Below, one piece after another: positions 27,559-37,955 of a DNA stretch of 64,000 nt. Source of the stretch: Terriglobia bacterium (GTDB taxonomy: Bacteria > Acidobacteriota > Terriglobia > JAIQFV01). Every line of letters begins with the position of its first letter. Within the stretch, counting starts at the first letter, position 1. The position numbers and the translations under genes were made by a program. Where the stretch lies: assembly GCA_020072965.1 (NCBI GenBank), contig JAIQFY010000006.1:1-64000 (forward strand), read 5' to 3'. The notes beneath the pieces are model-generated. The model saw nothing but the letters and a program-made list of their open reading frames with translations, did not search any database and was not told the DNA's origin.

Positions 27559-28401
27559 ATGACCCTTCAGACCCAACGAGAAAAGGCGGACCATTTTCGC
27601 CGGCTTCATCAGGGCGGGCAGATCCTGGTTCTACCGAACGTGTGGGACGTGGCGAGCGCGCGCATCGTCGAGCAGGCCGGGGCCAGGGCAATCGCCACAA
27701 GCAGCGCCGGAATTGCATTCGCCCTTGGATATCCGGATGGACAGCACATCCGTTGCGCTGAGATGGTGGAGGCGGTAGGCCGCATTGCCCGGGCTGTTGA
27801 CTTGCCGGTGACAGGGGACTTTGAGGCGGGATACGGGGAGACAATCGAAGGGATCGTCGAGAATGTCAGGGCTGTAATCGCCGCTGGGGCGGTGGGGATC
27901 AACTTTGAAGATGGAAAGGGAGAGACCATCCCCGAACTCGAGGATGTTAACGTCCAGTCGAACAAGATCAGGGCGATACGCGAAATGGCCGCGTCGGTGG
28001 GCATCCCCGTTGTCATCAATGCGCGCACGGATGTCTTCCTGGCGGGAATTGGAGAGCCGTCTGCCCGGTTCGATCACGCGGTCCACCGGGCGAACACGTA
28101 CCGAAAGGCGGGGGCCGACTGCCTCTTTGTTCCGGGAGTGATCGATGCAGAGACCATCGCCCGTCTCGTCAAATCGATTGGTGGGCCGCTGAACATTCTG
28201 GCGGGTCCGGGCTGCCCGACGATTCCCGAATTGCAGGAGATGGGTGTCGCCCGCGTAAGTCTCGGTTCGAAGCCGATGTGCGCGACCATGGGACTAGTCC
28301 AGCAAATCGCCCACGAACTTTTGGAGAAGGGAACCTATGCTTCCCTGGAAGGTCCTGTCAAATACGCTTTCATGAATCAGCTCTTTATGAAGCACCGGTA
28401 G
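27559..28401 (+). CDS. Isocitrate lyase / PEP mutase superfamily enzyme (2-methylisocitrate lyase / carboxyvinyl-carboxyphosphonate phosphorylmutase-like)
   Basis: FRRLHQGGQILVLPNVWDVASARIVEQAGARAIATSSAG...VTGDFEAGYGE...GINFEDG are ICL/PEPM family hallmarks. Confidence 0.8.
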   Translation: MTLQTQREKADHFRRLHQGGQILVLPNVWDVASARIVEQAGARAIATSSAGIAFALGYPDGQHIRCAEMVEAVGRIARAVDLPVTGDFEAGYGETIEGIVENVRAVIAAGAVGINFEDGKGETIPELEDVNVQSNKIRAIREMAASVGIPVVINARTDVFLAGIGEPSARFDHAVHRANTYRKAGADCLFVPGVIDAETIARLVKSIGGPLNILAGPGCPTIPELQEMGVARVSLGSKPMCATMGLVQQIAHELLEKGTYASLEGPVKYAFMNQLFMKHR

Positions 28402-28429
28402 GGGCGTCCGCCGCGGCGGACGCCCCTAC
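28398..28429. repeat. REP-like palindrome, family 1, beginning within the stop codon (TAG) of the preceding gene
   Basis: GTAGGGGCGTCCGCCGCGGCGGACGCCCCTAC is identical to the copy at 27385. Confidence 0.65.
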
Positions 28430-28449
28430 GATCGCACATCTATTCATTT

Positions 28450-28797
28450 GTGCAGGTACCGGTTCCCATGGAGTCGAACTCAAAGATCAATGATTTTCTT
28501 GAACTGGCGGAACTGACGCCCGAAGATGAACTGGTGCATTATGGCCTGGCGCAGGAGTATATGAGGTTTGGACAATTCGAAAACGCGGCCGCTTCCCTCA
28601 GGCGCGTGATTGCACTTAAACCCGACTATGCTGCCGCCTACCGGGAGCTGGGAAAGGCTCTGGAAAAGGCCGGAAATTTCGAGGAGGCGAAGGCCGCTTT
28701 CCTCGAGGGCCGCCGGTTGGCTGAACACCACGGCGATGGACAGACGGTTAAAGAGATCAATGTGTTTTTGAAAAGGCTGGAAAAGAAAAAGAACTAG
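28450..28797 (+). CDS. Small tetratricopeptide-repeat (TPR) protein
   Basis: HYGLAQEYMRFGQFENAAASLRRVIALKPDYAAAYRELGKALEKAGNFEEA are TPR helices. The likely start is MESNSK (~28468). Confidence 0.55.
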   Translation: MQVPVPMESNSKINDFLELAELTPEDELVHYGLAQEYMRFGQFENAAASLRRVIALKPDYAAAYRELGKALEKAGNFEEAKAAFLEGRRLAEHHGDGQTVKEINVFLKRLEKKKN

Positions 28798-28841
28798 GCA
28801 CTACTCCCGGAATCTGATCCTCCCGGGAACAAGATTCGGCT

Positions 28842-29429
28842 GTGATGATCTTCTGTCATGGAAGACCGGATCTCGGACAGCACAAGCAAATGGAGGTGTT
28901 TGTGACCGAACAATCAGAGGGTACCTACAATTTTTTGCTCGAGACCTACGAAACGGAGCTGCTGAAGATTCTCGGAATCTGGTCGTCTTTTCCCGAATCG
29001 GCGATGGATTTTCGCCCACACCCTAAGTCTCGTACGGTCCTGGAGCAAATGGAGCATCAGGTTCAATCGGAGGGGCGCTGGATGAAAAACATGCTCGGTC
29101 TCGACACCGGTGACCCGAATCCAGCCAGGAGGAGTAAGCAAGATTTCATCGAGAAGTACCATGCCGACGCCGGGCGACGGCTGGAAATGATGAGGGAGAA
29201 GTCAGACCCGTGGTGGCAGGGAACGACTACCTTCTTTGATGTGCCCCGGTCGCGGGCGTGGGTGCTCACGCGAAGAATCACCCATTCCACCCACCATCGG
29301 GGGCAGTTGGTGGTGTACCTTCGCCTGCTCAATCTACTCGTGCCATCGGTGTACGGCCCGACGGCGGATACGGCGGATACGGTGATTTACACGTTTGCCG
29401 GGCCGGGGGAAGGGTCCGATAGACAATGA
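28842..29429 (+). CDS. DinB-family (DinB_2/YfiT-like) metal-dependent protein
   Basis: HxxHHRGQ motif (THSTHHRGQLVVY) and a four-helix-bundle-sized protein. The likely start is MEVFVTEQ (~28890). Confidence 0.65.
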   Translation: MMIFCHGRPDLGQHKQMEVFVTEQSEGTYNFLLETYETELLKILGIWSSFPESAMDFRPHPKSRTVLEQMEHQVQSEGRWMKNMLGLDTGDPNPARRSKQDFIEKYHADAGRRLEMMREKSDPWWQGTTTFFDVPRSRAWVLTRRITHSTHHRGQLVVYLRLLNLLVPSVYGPTADTADTVIYTFAGPGEGSDRQ

Positions 29430-29430
29430 A

Positions 29431-29452
29431 GATCCGCGTACGAAAGCGGATC
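29431..29452. terminator. Perfect 7-bp hairpin (GATCCGC-gtacgaaa-GCGGATC) between convergent genes (DinB-like and thiC); candidate bidirectional terminator
   Basis: Stem-loop followed by an A/T-rich sequence; there is no strong U-run. Confidence 0.3.
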
Positions 29453-29503
29453 TCATACAGATGTTAGAATTAGATTACTGGGGGTAATCGTGGAATCTTC
29501 GTG

Positions 29504-29535
29504 GTAGGGGTGCCCGCCGCGGCGGGCGCCCCTAC
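29504..29535. repeat. REP-like palindrome, family 1 variant (GTAGGGGTGCCCGCCGCGGCGGGCGCCCCTAC)
   Basis: It has the same architecture as the 27385 and 28398 copies, with substitutions. It is followed by a conserved ~40-nt motif also seen at 59449-59500. Confidence 0.6.
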
Positions 29536-29579
29536 GCTGAGCTGTGCATCAATCCGTACCATTTTCAAAGACGATTGTA

Positions 29580-31460
<1,881 letters not shown>

Positions 31461-31539
31461 CTAAATGTATCGGGAGATCTGGGCTGTCGAGGACGCGACG
31501 GACCTCGTCCCGTTTTCACAATTCGCTCGGCGAACCCCA

Positions 31540-31559
31540 AAATCTCCGTACGGAGATTT
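31540..31559. promoter_or_regulatory. Perfect 20-nt palindrome AAATCTCCGTACGGAGATTT in the thiC leader / 3' of the heptosyltransferase gene; candidate operator or weak terminator
   Basis: 8-bp arms plus a GTAC centre. On the minus strand it is followed by TTTTGGGG. Confidence 0.35.
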
Positions 31560-31612
31560 CAAGTATATCACAAGTCACGGCGCCCTGGTCGGGCTGAGGA
31601 CGGCACCATGCT

Positions 31613-32713
31613 TCATTCCAGCATGCGAATCAATTCGGTGAAGACCTCATCAACCGAAAGCTGTGAAAGGGGGTTTTTCTTGAGGAATCGACACTGTGCG
31701 CCCAGCGGCCGGTAGTGTTCCGTGACTCCGATACTGAACAGGCCCAGCGTCGGCGTTCCGACGGCAGCACTCATATGCATGGGGCCGGTGTCGTTACTCA
31801 CGATCGCGGTGCAACGGTTCAACAACGCCGCGAGTTGCGGGATGGCTTCGGCCCGGTCAGGTCCGCCGATAGCAGCGGCCGCCGTGTTTCCGTCCGCCTG
31901 CATGTCCCGGGTGATCCTTTGGCACAAAGCGGCTTCGTGGACCGCAGAGAAGTTCACGAAGCCGGCACGACGCCCGTTTTCCCGCGCATGGCTTGAGACT
32001 CGACCGGCCAGTTCGATGAAACGTTCCACCGGCCATGTGCGGACCTCCCCTGAGGCCGACATCTGAAACCCGTACACCTCATCCAGTCCTAGCAACCCCT
32101 GTTGCTCCCAGAATTGAAGGGCCATGGCCTCAGCGGCTGGCGGCACCTTGAGGCGGGGAGTAACGGGGTCGCCGAGCGGCAGAGGTGGACGATCCTCCGG
32201 TGCGGTCTCGGAGGACCGGCCACCTGTCGTGTGTGGATGAGGGTTTTCCGGGGCGAGACTTTGTACTACCCTGCAGAACATTTGAGCGACGAGAAGAGAT
32301 TTATCTTCGGTTACCGGCGGGAGATTAAAGCAAAACCCCCAATAGGGCTTTCTAAATCTCTTCAGGCCAACCCGCCACCGGGCTCCCGTCCAAAGGACGA
32401 GCAGTTCAGATTCGCGGAATCCGACCAGGTCAATCGCCAGATCAAACTTCCGCCTCCGCATCTCATTGGCAAACTGGAAGATCCTGCGAATCGACGAAAT
32501 CTTGTTTCCATCGCGCAGGGCCACCCGATCCAAGGCGATGATCTCATCCACGGCCGGGACCATCTTCAGGACTGGCGCACAGCGGTGTCCGGTGAGGTAG
32601 CTGATGTGCGCTTCGGGGAAAAGCTTGCGGCACAACCGCACGGCGGGCTCGGACAGAACGACGTCACCCAGACGCGCCCAGCGAATAATTAAGATGGTTT
32701 TCGGTGAAATCAT
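31613..32713 (-). CDS. Glycosyltransferase family 9 (ADP-heptose:LPS heptosyltransferase, RfaF/WaaC/WaaQ-like)
   Basis: N-terminal ILIIRWARLGDVVLSEPAVRL and C-terminal AIVSNDTGPMHMSAAVGTPTLGLF are GT9 signatures. Confidence 0.8.
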   Translation of the reverse strand: MISPKTILIIRWARLGDVVLSEPAVRLCRKLFPEAHISYLTGHRCAPVLKMVPAVDEIIALDRVALRDGNKISSIRRIFQFANEMRRRKFDLAIDLVGFRESELLVLWTGARWRVGLKRFRKPYWGFCFNLPPVTEDKSLLVAQMFCRVVQSLAPENPHPHTTGGRSSETAPEDRPPLPLGDPVTPRLKVPPAAEAMALQFWEQQGLLGLDEVYGFQMSASGEVRTWPVERFIELAGRVSSHARENGRRAGFVNFSAVHEAALCQRITRDMQADGNTAAAAIGGPDRAEAIPQLAALLNRCTAIVSNDTGPMHMSAAVGTPTLGLFSIGVTEHYRPLGAQCRFLKKNPLSQLSVDEVFTELIRMLE

Positions 32714-33049
32714 TCAATTCAAGAGAAATCTTGCAGGGCCGCAAAACCGTGTGCCCCCCGATGGCTGAGTGAAAGGGCGGTTCATAATTTTTTTTGAACC
32801 TGATCGGCATCGGGATGGAACTCATGCACCTGTCTGGCCCGTTTTTAAGGAGGCCCCGATGAGGGCCCAAGCTCCGCCCCGGCGCGCGCCCCTTCAGCCG
32901 AAGGTTTGATGTTAGGGAGAGGGAAAACTTTTGTCAAACGATGGGGCGCTAAAGCCGGACAAGAAATTAAGCCGATGCGAGAACATGCAGACAGCCCTCG
33001 CAGGGAGGCAAGTGATGATTCTCCAGATAGGGACGGAGGTTGGTATGGT

Positions 33050-34705
33050 TCACCGTGATAGGTTTGAACTGACCTTGGAAGGGGTGCTCAAATCGACTGC
33101 CGGGGATCCTGGTCTGGATCCCGGGCGTGATTCTCCGGACATTGGAGAGGCCACCTGTGACCGGCCGCCCACGCCGACTTTGCGGGCTGTGGATTCATTC
33201 AAGATATCCAATTCGCACTCGCTCCGGGCGAGAACCTCTTTCCACATGTGCTCATTGTAGACGCAGCCGGGGTCACCCGCCTGGACATCCCCCGTATAGC
33301 TTTCGGCCCGGGCGCGACAGCCTCCGCAGAAGAATCGATAGTCACAGACGCCGCAATGGTCGCCGCGATCATCCCGGTCGCTCAGGATCGCTTCCAGGGG
33401 TTGGTTCCAGATCTCCGCGAAAGAAGATTTGCGAAGGTCGCCGATGGTCCGGGTCGGCATGTAGACGCACGGGTTGACCTGACCGTTGGGCTGGATGGAA
33501 CAATAGCAGCGATGTGCCCCGCAGCCGCCGATGTACTTGGAGACCACGCGCGCTTCCTGCCCCCGGCCGGAGCCGCCATGTCCCATCGCCATCATGCCCT
33601 CAGGATCGCCAAACATCAGACAGGCCCTCCCGAATTGAGGCGCCGTCGACATGACGCTTATCTTTCCTTCGTTCAAGGTCTGCTGAAGGAGTCTCAATAA
33701 CGCTTCGCGTTGCGAGGGCGACATGTCTTCGTGAGCCATTTCCACACCCCGTCCAACAGGGATGAAGTTGAAATGGACAAAAGTGTTTGCGCCGAGTGAA
33801 ACCGCGAGGTTGATCATTTCCCGTGCCTGCGCGACGGTGTCCCGGGTGAAACAACAGGCAATTCCGCATCGCATCCCCGCCGCACTCACATTCTTGATTC
33901 CCTCAATGGACCGGGCCCAGGCGCCCTTCGACTGGCGAAAGTCATCGTGGATGGAAGGATCCACAGAATCCAACGAGACCTCCACGTACTTAACCCCCAG
34001 GGAAGCGAGACGCTCGCAGGTGCGGGGTGTGAGCAGGGTTCCGTTGGTTGCGAGCGTCGCATATACCAGCTTTTGCCGGGCTCGTTCCAACACCGCCCAC
34101 ACGTCGGGGTCGACCAGTGGCTCACCGCCCGCCAGGGCGATCAAGGGAACGAGGTTTTCTGAAAGCTGGTCCACCACGGCCAACTTCTCGGCCCGGTTCA
34201 GCTCGTCGGAGCCCCGCTTGTGAATCGCGTCCTGATAACAGTGCTTGCAGGACAGGTTGCAGGCGTTGGTAATGTTCCAAACCACGAGCAAGGGAGAGAT
34301 GAATCGCTGGGGGGTCAGCAGACCGTGGATCGCCACCGAACGAGCGGTGTTCAGCAGCGTCCGCGTTGTGGGCCAGTGATGAAAGACCTTTTCCACGGCA
34401 CGCTCGGGCGAAATCCGTGTCTTGGCAACAAAGTAATCGATGGCTTTGTGGACCGGGGCATACTTGATCTTCTCATAGAGAGAGGCGTCGGGATTGCGGT
34501 AGGAATAAAAGATATTTTCCATGGGCGTGTGCCCATTGGGGCCCTTCGTCAAGTGCTTCAGGATCCTCCGGGTAACGGGATGGTTGAGGTACCTCTCAAA
34601 GTCGTGGGGAGTGGGGGGAGCCGCCTGGGTCAGTTTGGGAACGTTTGGCCGCTTGGCGGTCTTGATGCGAGTGCCGTCAGGGGTATACATAGCGGGAAAA
34701 TCCAT
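33050..34705 (-). CDS. Radical SAM enzyme with C-terminal SPASM-type auxiliary cluster motifs and a ~130-aa N-terminal extension
   Basis: CNLSCKHCY (CX3CX2C) core and G-rich SAM motif (LAGGEPL). Downstream motifs GGCGAHRCYCSIQPNGQVNPC and CGVCDYRFFCGGC resemble SPASM-type auxiliary-cluster motifs. It has a low-complexity ~60-aa C-terminal tail. Confidence 0.8.
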   Translation of the reverse strand: MDFPAMYTPDGTRIKTAKRPNVPKLTQAAPPTPHDFERYLNHPVTRRILKHLTKGPNGHTPMENIFYSYRNPDASLYEKIKYAPVHKAIDYFVAKTRISPERAVEKVFHHWPTTRTLLNTARSVAIHGLLTPQRFISPLLVVWNITNACNLSCKHCYQDAIHKRGSDELNRAEKLAVVDQLSENLVPLIALAGGEPLVDPDVWAVLERARQKLVYATLATNGTLLTPRTCERLASLGVKYVEVSLDSVDPSIHDDFRQSKGAWARSIEGIKNVSAAGMRCGIACCFTRDTVAQAREMINLAVSLGANTFVHFNFIPVGRGVEMAHEDMSPSQREALLRLLQQTLNEGKISVMSTAPQFGRACLMFGDPEGMMAMGHGGSGRGQEARVVSKYIGGCGAHRCYCSIQPNGQVNPCVYMPTRTIGDLRKSSFAEIWNQPLEAILSDRDDRGDHCGVCDYRFFCGGCRARAESYTGDVQAGDPGCVYNEHMWKEVLARSECELDILNESTARKVGVGGRSQVASPMSGESRPGSRPGSPAVDLSTPSKVSSNLSR

Positions 34706-34802
34706 CCTCCACGTTGGTGCCTAGCCGGGGATTTTCCCTGGGGAGGCCCGGGGACTTACTTGATCAAGGCCGGCGAGCCACCGGCCTTGACAAATTCTGC
34801 GT

Positions 34803-36458
34803 CTAATGTGAGCCATTCTTTTTGAACGGCACCGAGTACTTCTTCTCAATCATTTCCCTGAACGTCGGCCCGGAATTGTAGGCACAGAAGGGGTAAATGA
34901 GGCCGTTGGGCGCGGCATAATGGATGATGCAGCGCTTCACGCGCTCGACGTCGTAATTGTAGGAATCCATGAAGTGCATCCCGGCCACCATCAGCGTCCT
35001 GTAAGTGAATGTGCCGTCCTTGCCGCCTCGGCCGTATTTCTTGTCGGTCATCCCTTGCAGGGTCTGCAGGAACTTGGGGAAAGTCAACCCTTTGGGGGCG
35101 TACTCTGGTTTGAAGTACTTTTGCAGGGATTGCCATACCTTGATCTTGGTAAAGAACTTGAAAGTGGCTCGGTTCGTCTCCCGTGAAATGGTGTCGACCG
35201 TCTGCAGCATAGCGCCGATGTCAACAAAACGGGTGATCGGCACGGCTTCCTTGCGGTCTTCGCTCACGAACAGATAGGTGCCGATGGAGCAGTGAGGATG
35301 GCTGGTCAACTGGGTGGTTTCCTCGCCTTTGATGGCACTCAGCAGCTTAGAAAACGGCGTGACGCATGACAGCGGGAACCAATCCTCATAGCGATTCGCC
35401 AGCCCGGTCTGCTCCTCGACGCATCGCGCCACATCCGTCATCGTAAATCGCTTGGCTTCCCGTTCCCGCTTAGCAATTCGTCCGGTAAAGGTGACCGGCT
35501 GGAAGCTGATCGCGCTCGTGCAATCCACGTTTTCAATGGCCAACTTGATGATGTCGCCGATCTGGTGATCGTTCAGCCCCTTTACGATGGTGGGGACAAA
35601 ACAAATCTTCAGGCTGGCTTTTCGGCAATTTTCGATGACCTTGAGTTTCTGCTCATACAGGGATTCACCGCGCGTGCGCTTGTAAATGTCGTCGCAAACG
35701 CCGTCGAATTGCAGATACAAGGTATGCAAACCGGCCTCTTTGGCCGCCATCGCGAAATCCAGGTCGAGGAACTTGATGCCATTGGTGGCCGCCTGGAGGT
35801 GGGAGAACCCCATTTCCGCGGCCATGCGGAGGATCTCCAGGAACCGGGGGTGAAGCGTCGGTTCGCCGCCCGAGAACTGAACTACCCGGCAGGCGACGGG
35901 CCGCTCGTTGCGCAGCGCCTGCAACATCGTCCGGACGTGCTCCAGGGAGGGTTCATAAAGGTAGCCCGACGCATTGGCATTGGCAAAACAGACCGGACAG
36001 GTCAGATTGCACCGGTTTGTGAGATCGACGTTCGCCAGACCGGTATGGGAGGTGTGCATGGAGCACAAACCACACTGTTCGGGGCATCGTGTGGCACTGG
36101 GAATTGCAGGGTTAGAAACTCCCCGGTTGTCACCGAAGTGCCAGCGCTCCATTTTCAGGTACATCTTGGCGTCGGAGTAACAGACATCCTTGACGTATCC
36201 GTGCTCGGGGCAGGTCTTCTCCATCATGACCTTGCCGTCCTCTTCGAACACCAGGGCGTCAATCAGCTTTGTGCACTCCGGGCAAAGGGACTGGGTCACC
36301 TTCGGCAATCCCACATGGGGCGGGTCAATGCGCGCGCCCGTGTAAGTCGTCTTAGGCTGAATGATCTGGTGGGCTGTAAATTGAAACCGATCCTCTTTTT
36401 CCTCTGCCGACGGCAGGTCGATGGTCTGGGGTTGGTCCTGAATTGTCTGTGTACTCAC
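34803..36458 (-). CDS. Multi-cluster radical SAM enzyme with an N-terminal Cys3His zinc-ribbon/rubredoxin-like element; tetraether-lipid-synthase (Tes / GDGT-MAS)-like candidate
   Basis: GTG start preceded by GAGGAGGAG. CPEC...CPEH ribbon, an extra CX3CX2C (RCPEQCGLC) and the canonical radical-SAM CX3CX2C (NRCNLTCPVCF), GGEPT, and a ~250-aa C-terminal domain. The Tes assignment is by remembered architecture, not by search. Confidence 0.7.
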   Translation of the reverse strand: MSTQTIQDQPQTIDLPSAEEKEDRFQFTAHQIIQPKTTYTGARIDPPHVGLPKVTQSLCPECTKLIDALVFEEDGKVMMEKTCPEHGYVKDVCYSDAKMYLKMERWHFGDNRGVSNPAIPSATRCPEQCGLCSMHTSHTGLANVDLTNRCNLTCPVCFANANASGYLYEPSLEHVRTMLQALRNERPVACRVVQFSGGEPTLHPRFLEILRMAAEMGFSHLQAATNGIKFLDLDFAMAAKEAGLHTLYLQFDGVCDDIYKRTRGESLYEQKLKVIENCRKASLKICFVPTIVKGLNDHQIGDIIKLAIENVDCTSAISFQPVTFTGRIAKREREAKRFTMTDVARCVEEQTGLANRYEDWFPLSCVTPFSKLLSAIKGEETTQLTSHPHCSIGTYLFVSEDRKEAVPITRFVDIGAMLQTVDTISRETNRATFKFFTKIKVWQSLQKYFKPEYAPKGLTFPKFLQTLQGMTDKKYGRGGKDGTFTYRTLMVAGMHFMDSYNYDVERVKRCIIHYAAPNGLIYPFCAYNSGPTFREMIEKKYSVPFKKNGSH

Positions 36459-37198
36459 TCACTCCTCCTCGAATTGGAATTCTGCTTGATCTGGATCGCG
36501 TCCCTGAGGGACCGCCTGAATCTAACCTGAGTTGAGAAAGAATCCTCCCCTTGAGAATCTAGACGACTGGGTTTCGTTCAGACTGGCAGCCGCCCGGTCG
36601 GCAACTGCGTGGCGATTTAAGCCTATAGTCAGCCGAAAGTTGGCTTGCGGTTTGGTCTCGAGACTTCGTCTCATAGGCCCGGATGGGGCAGGGCCCGACC
36701 GAGGATTGAATTCTACAACGCCAGCGTGTGGTGTCAAGTGGCTAATTATCTTTGAGTTACAGCTAACGTCAACGTGAGATTGTGACTCGGATCGTTGGGT
36801 CCATGATACAATTCTCAACTTGAAGTGGTGAGCGAGGTTGATTCTGGCTGCACTGAAGAGCGTCTCTATGGAATTCAGGATGTGCCCGGACACTCCAAAA
36901 GGATGACTGTTAGGTTCCCAGACTCTGTCCGGATTCGCGACTGAACTAGCGGTTGCCCCGCTTCCATCGCGCAACTGGAAAGACCCTCTGCCAGCGCCAA
37001 GGCAAGTGGAGTCATTGCATAGACCCCCGGTGGTGTCTTTCTTTTGGGTTGGCGAGACGGGGGTGCCCATGAAGTCGATGTGGCGAATTGTCGTTTGAGG
37101 GCGAAAATGCTTAAGAAGATGGGGTCTGTGTTCGTAAATTCGAGCAGCGTTTGTTGGCGTGAATCCGTGTCCCGGAAGAATTTGAGGAGCCTGGAGTA

Positions 37199-37936
37199 TT
37201 GAGAATGATCTTCGAAACCTTTCCAGTCGGTCTACTGCAATGCAATTGCGCCATCCTGGGCGATGAGGTGACGCGTGAAGCGATCGTGATTGACCCCGGC
37301 GATGAGGTGGAGCGCATTCTTGCGGCGCTCAAGAAGCATGACCTCAAGCTCCGCAGGATCATGAACACACACACGCACATCGATCATGTGGGCGCCAATG
37401 CGGAACTCCGGGACCGGACGGGCGCGGAGGTCTGCCTCCACAAGGCGGACCTGCCTCTTCTCGAGAATCTGAAGAGGCAGGCGGCCATGATCGGCATCCC
37501 CGAACCGCCCGCATCGAGGGTTGATGCCTTTCTTGAAACAGGGGACGTGATTCGGTGCGGATCGATACACTTTGGGGTACTTCATACACCCGGACACACG
37601 CCCGGAAGCCTGACCTTTGAGACGGAAATGTTGAGCACGGGTGGAAAGACTGGGAAGAGTTCCGGCCTGATTTCAGCGGATACGGATATTCAACCTGTCA
37701 CTCTACTCGAAGGGAACAAAGCGCCGAGGCAAGTTCTCTTCACCGGCGACACGCTCTTCATGTCCTCGATTGGGCGGACCGACTTGTGGGGGGGCTCCTA
37801 TGAAACGATTCTGAAATCGTTGGCCGGGATTTTACGGAAATACGACGACTCTACTCTCGTTTATCCCGGCCATGGACCCGCGACCACGATCGGCTACGAG
37901 CGGCAGTTCAATCCATTTTTGCAGGAATTAATGTAG
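37199..37936 (+). CDS. MBL-fold metallo-hydrolase (glyoxalase II / hydroxyacylglutathione hydrolase-like)
   Basis: THTHIDH (HxHxDH) motif and a later GHTPGS. Confidence 0.85.
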   Translation: MRMIFETFPVGLLQCNCAILGDEVTREAIVIDPGDEVERILAALKKHDLKLRRIMNTHTHIDHVGANAELRDRTGAEVCLHKADLPLLENLKRQAAMIGIPEPPASRVDAFLETGDVIRCGSIHFGVLHTPGHTPGSLTFETEMLSTGGKTGKSSGLISADTDIQPVTLLEGNKAPRQVLFTGDTLFMSSIGRTDLWGGSYETILKSLAGILRKYDDSTLVYPGHGPATTIGYERQFNPFLQELM

Positions 37937-37955
37937 GGCGACCAGACTGGTCGCC

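Noticed and set aside
28801-28830. Hairpin TCCCGG…CCGGGA after the TPR gene as an intrinsic terminator
   Set aside because: It is not followed by a U-run, and the downstream gene starts within 45 nt, so it is more likely incidental.
36522-37070. 182-aa minus-strand ORF upstream of the Tes-like gene (considered as a possible Cys-containing RiPP precursor for the SPASM enzyme)
   Set aside because: It has no SD or start context, a low-complexity composition, it overlaps a strongly structured non-coding stretch, and its length and Cys pattern are not precursor-like.
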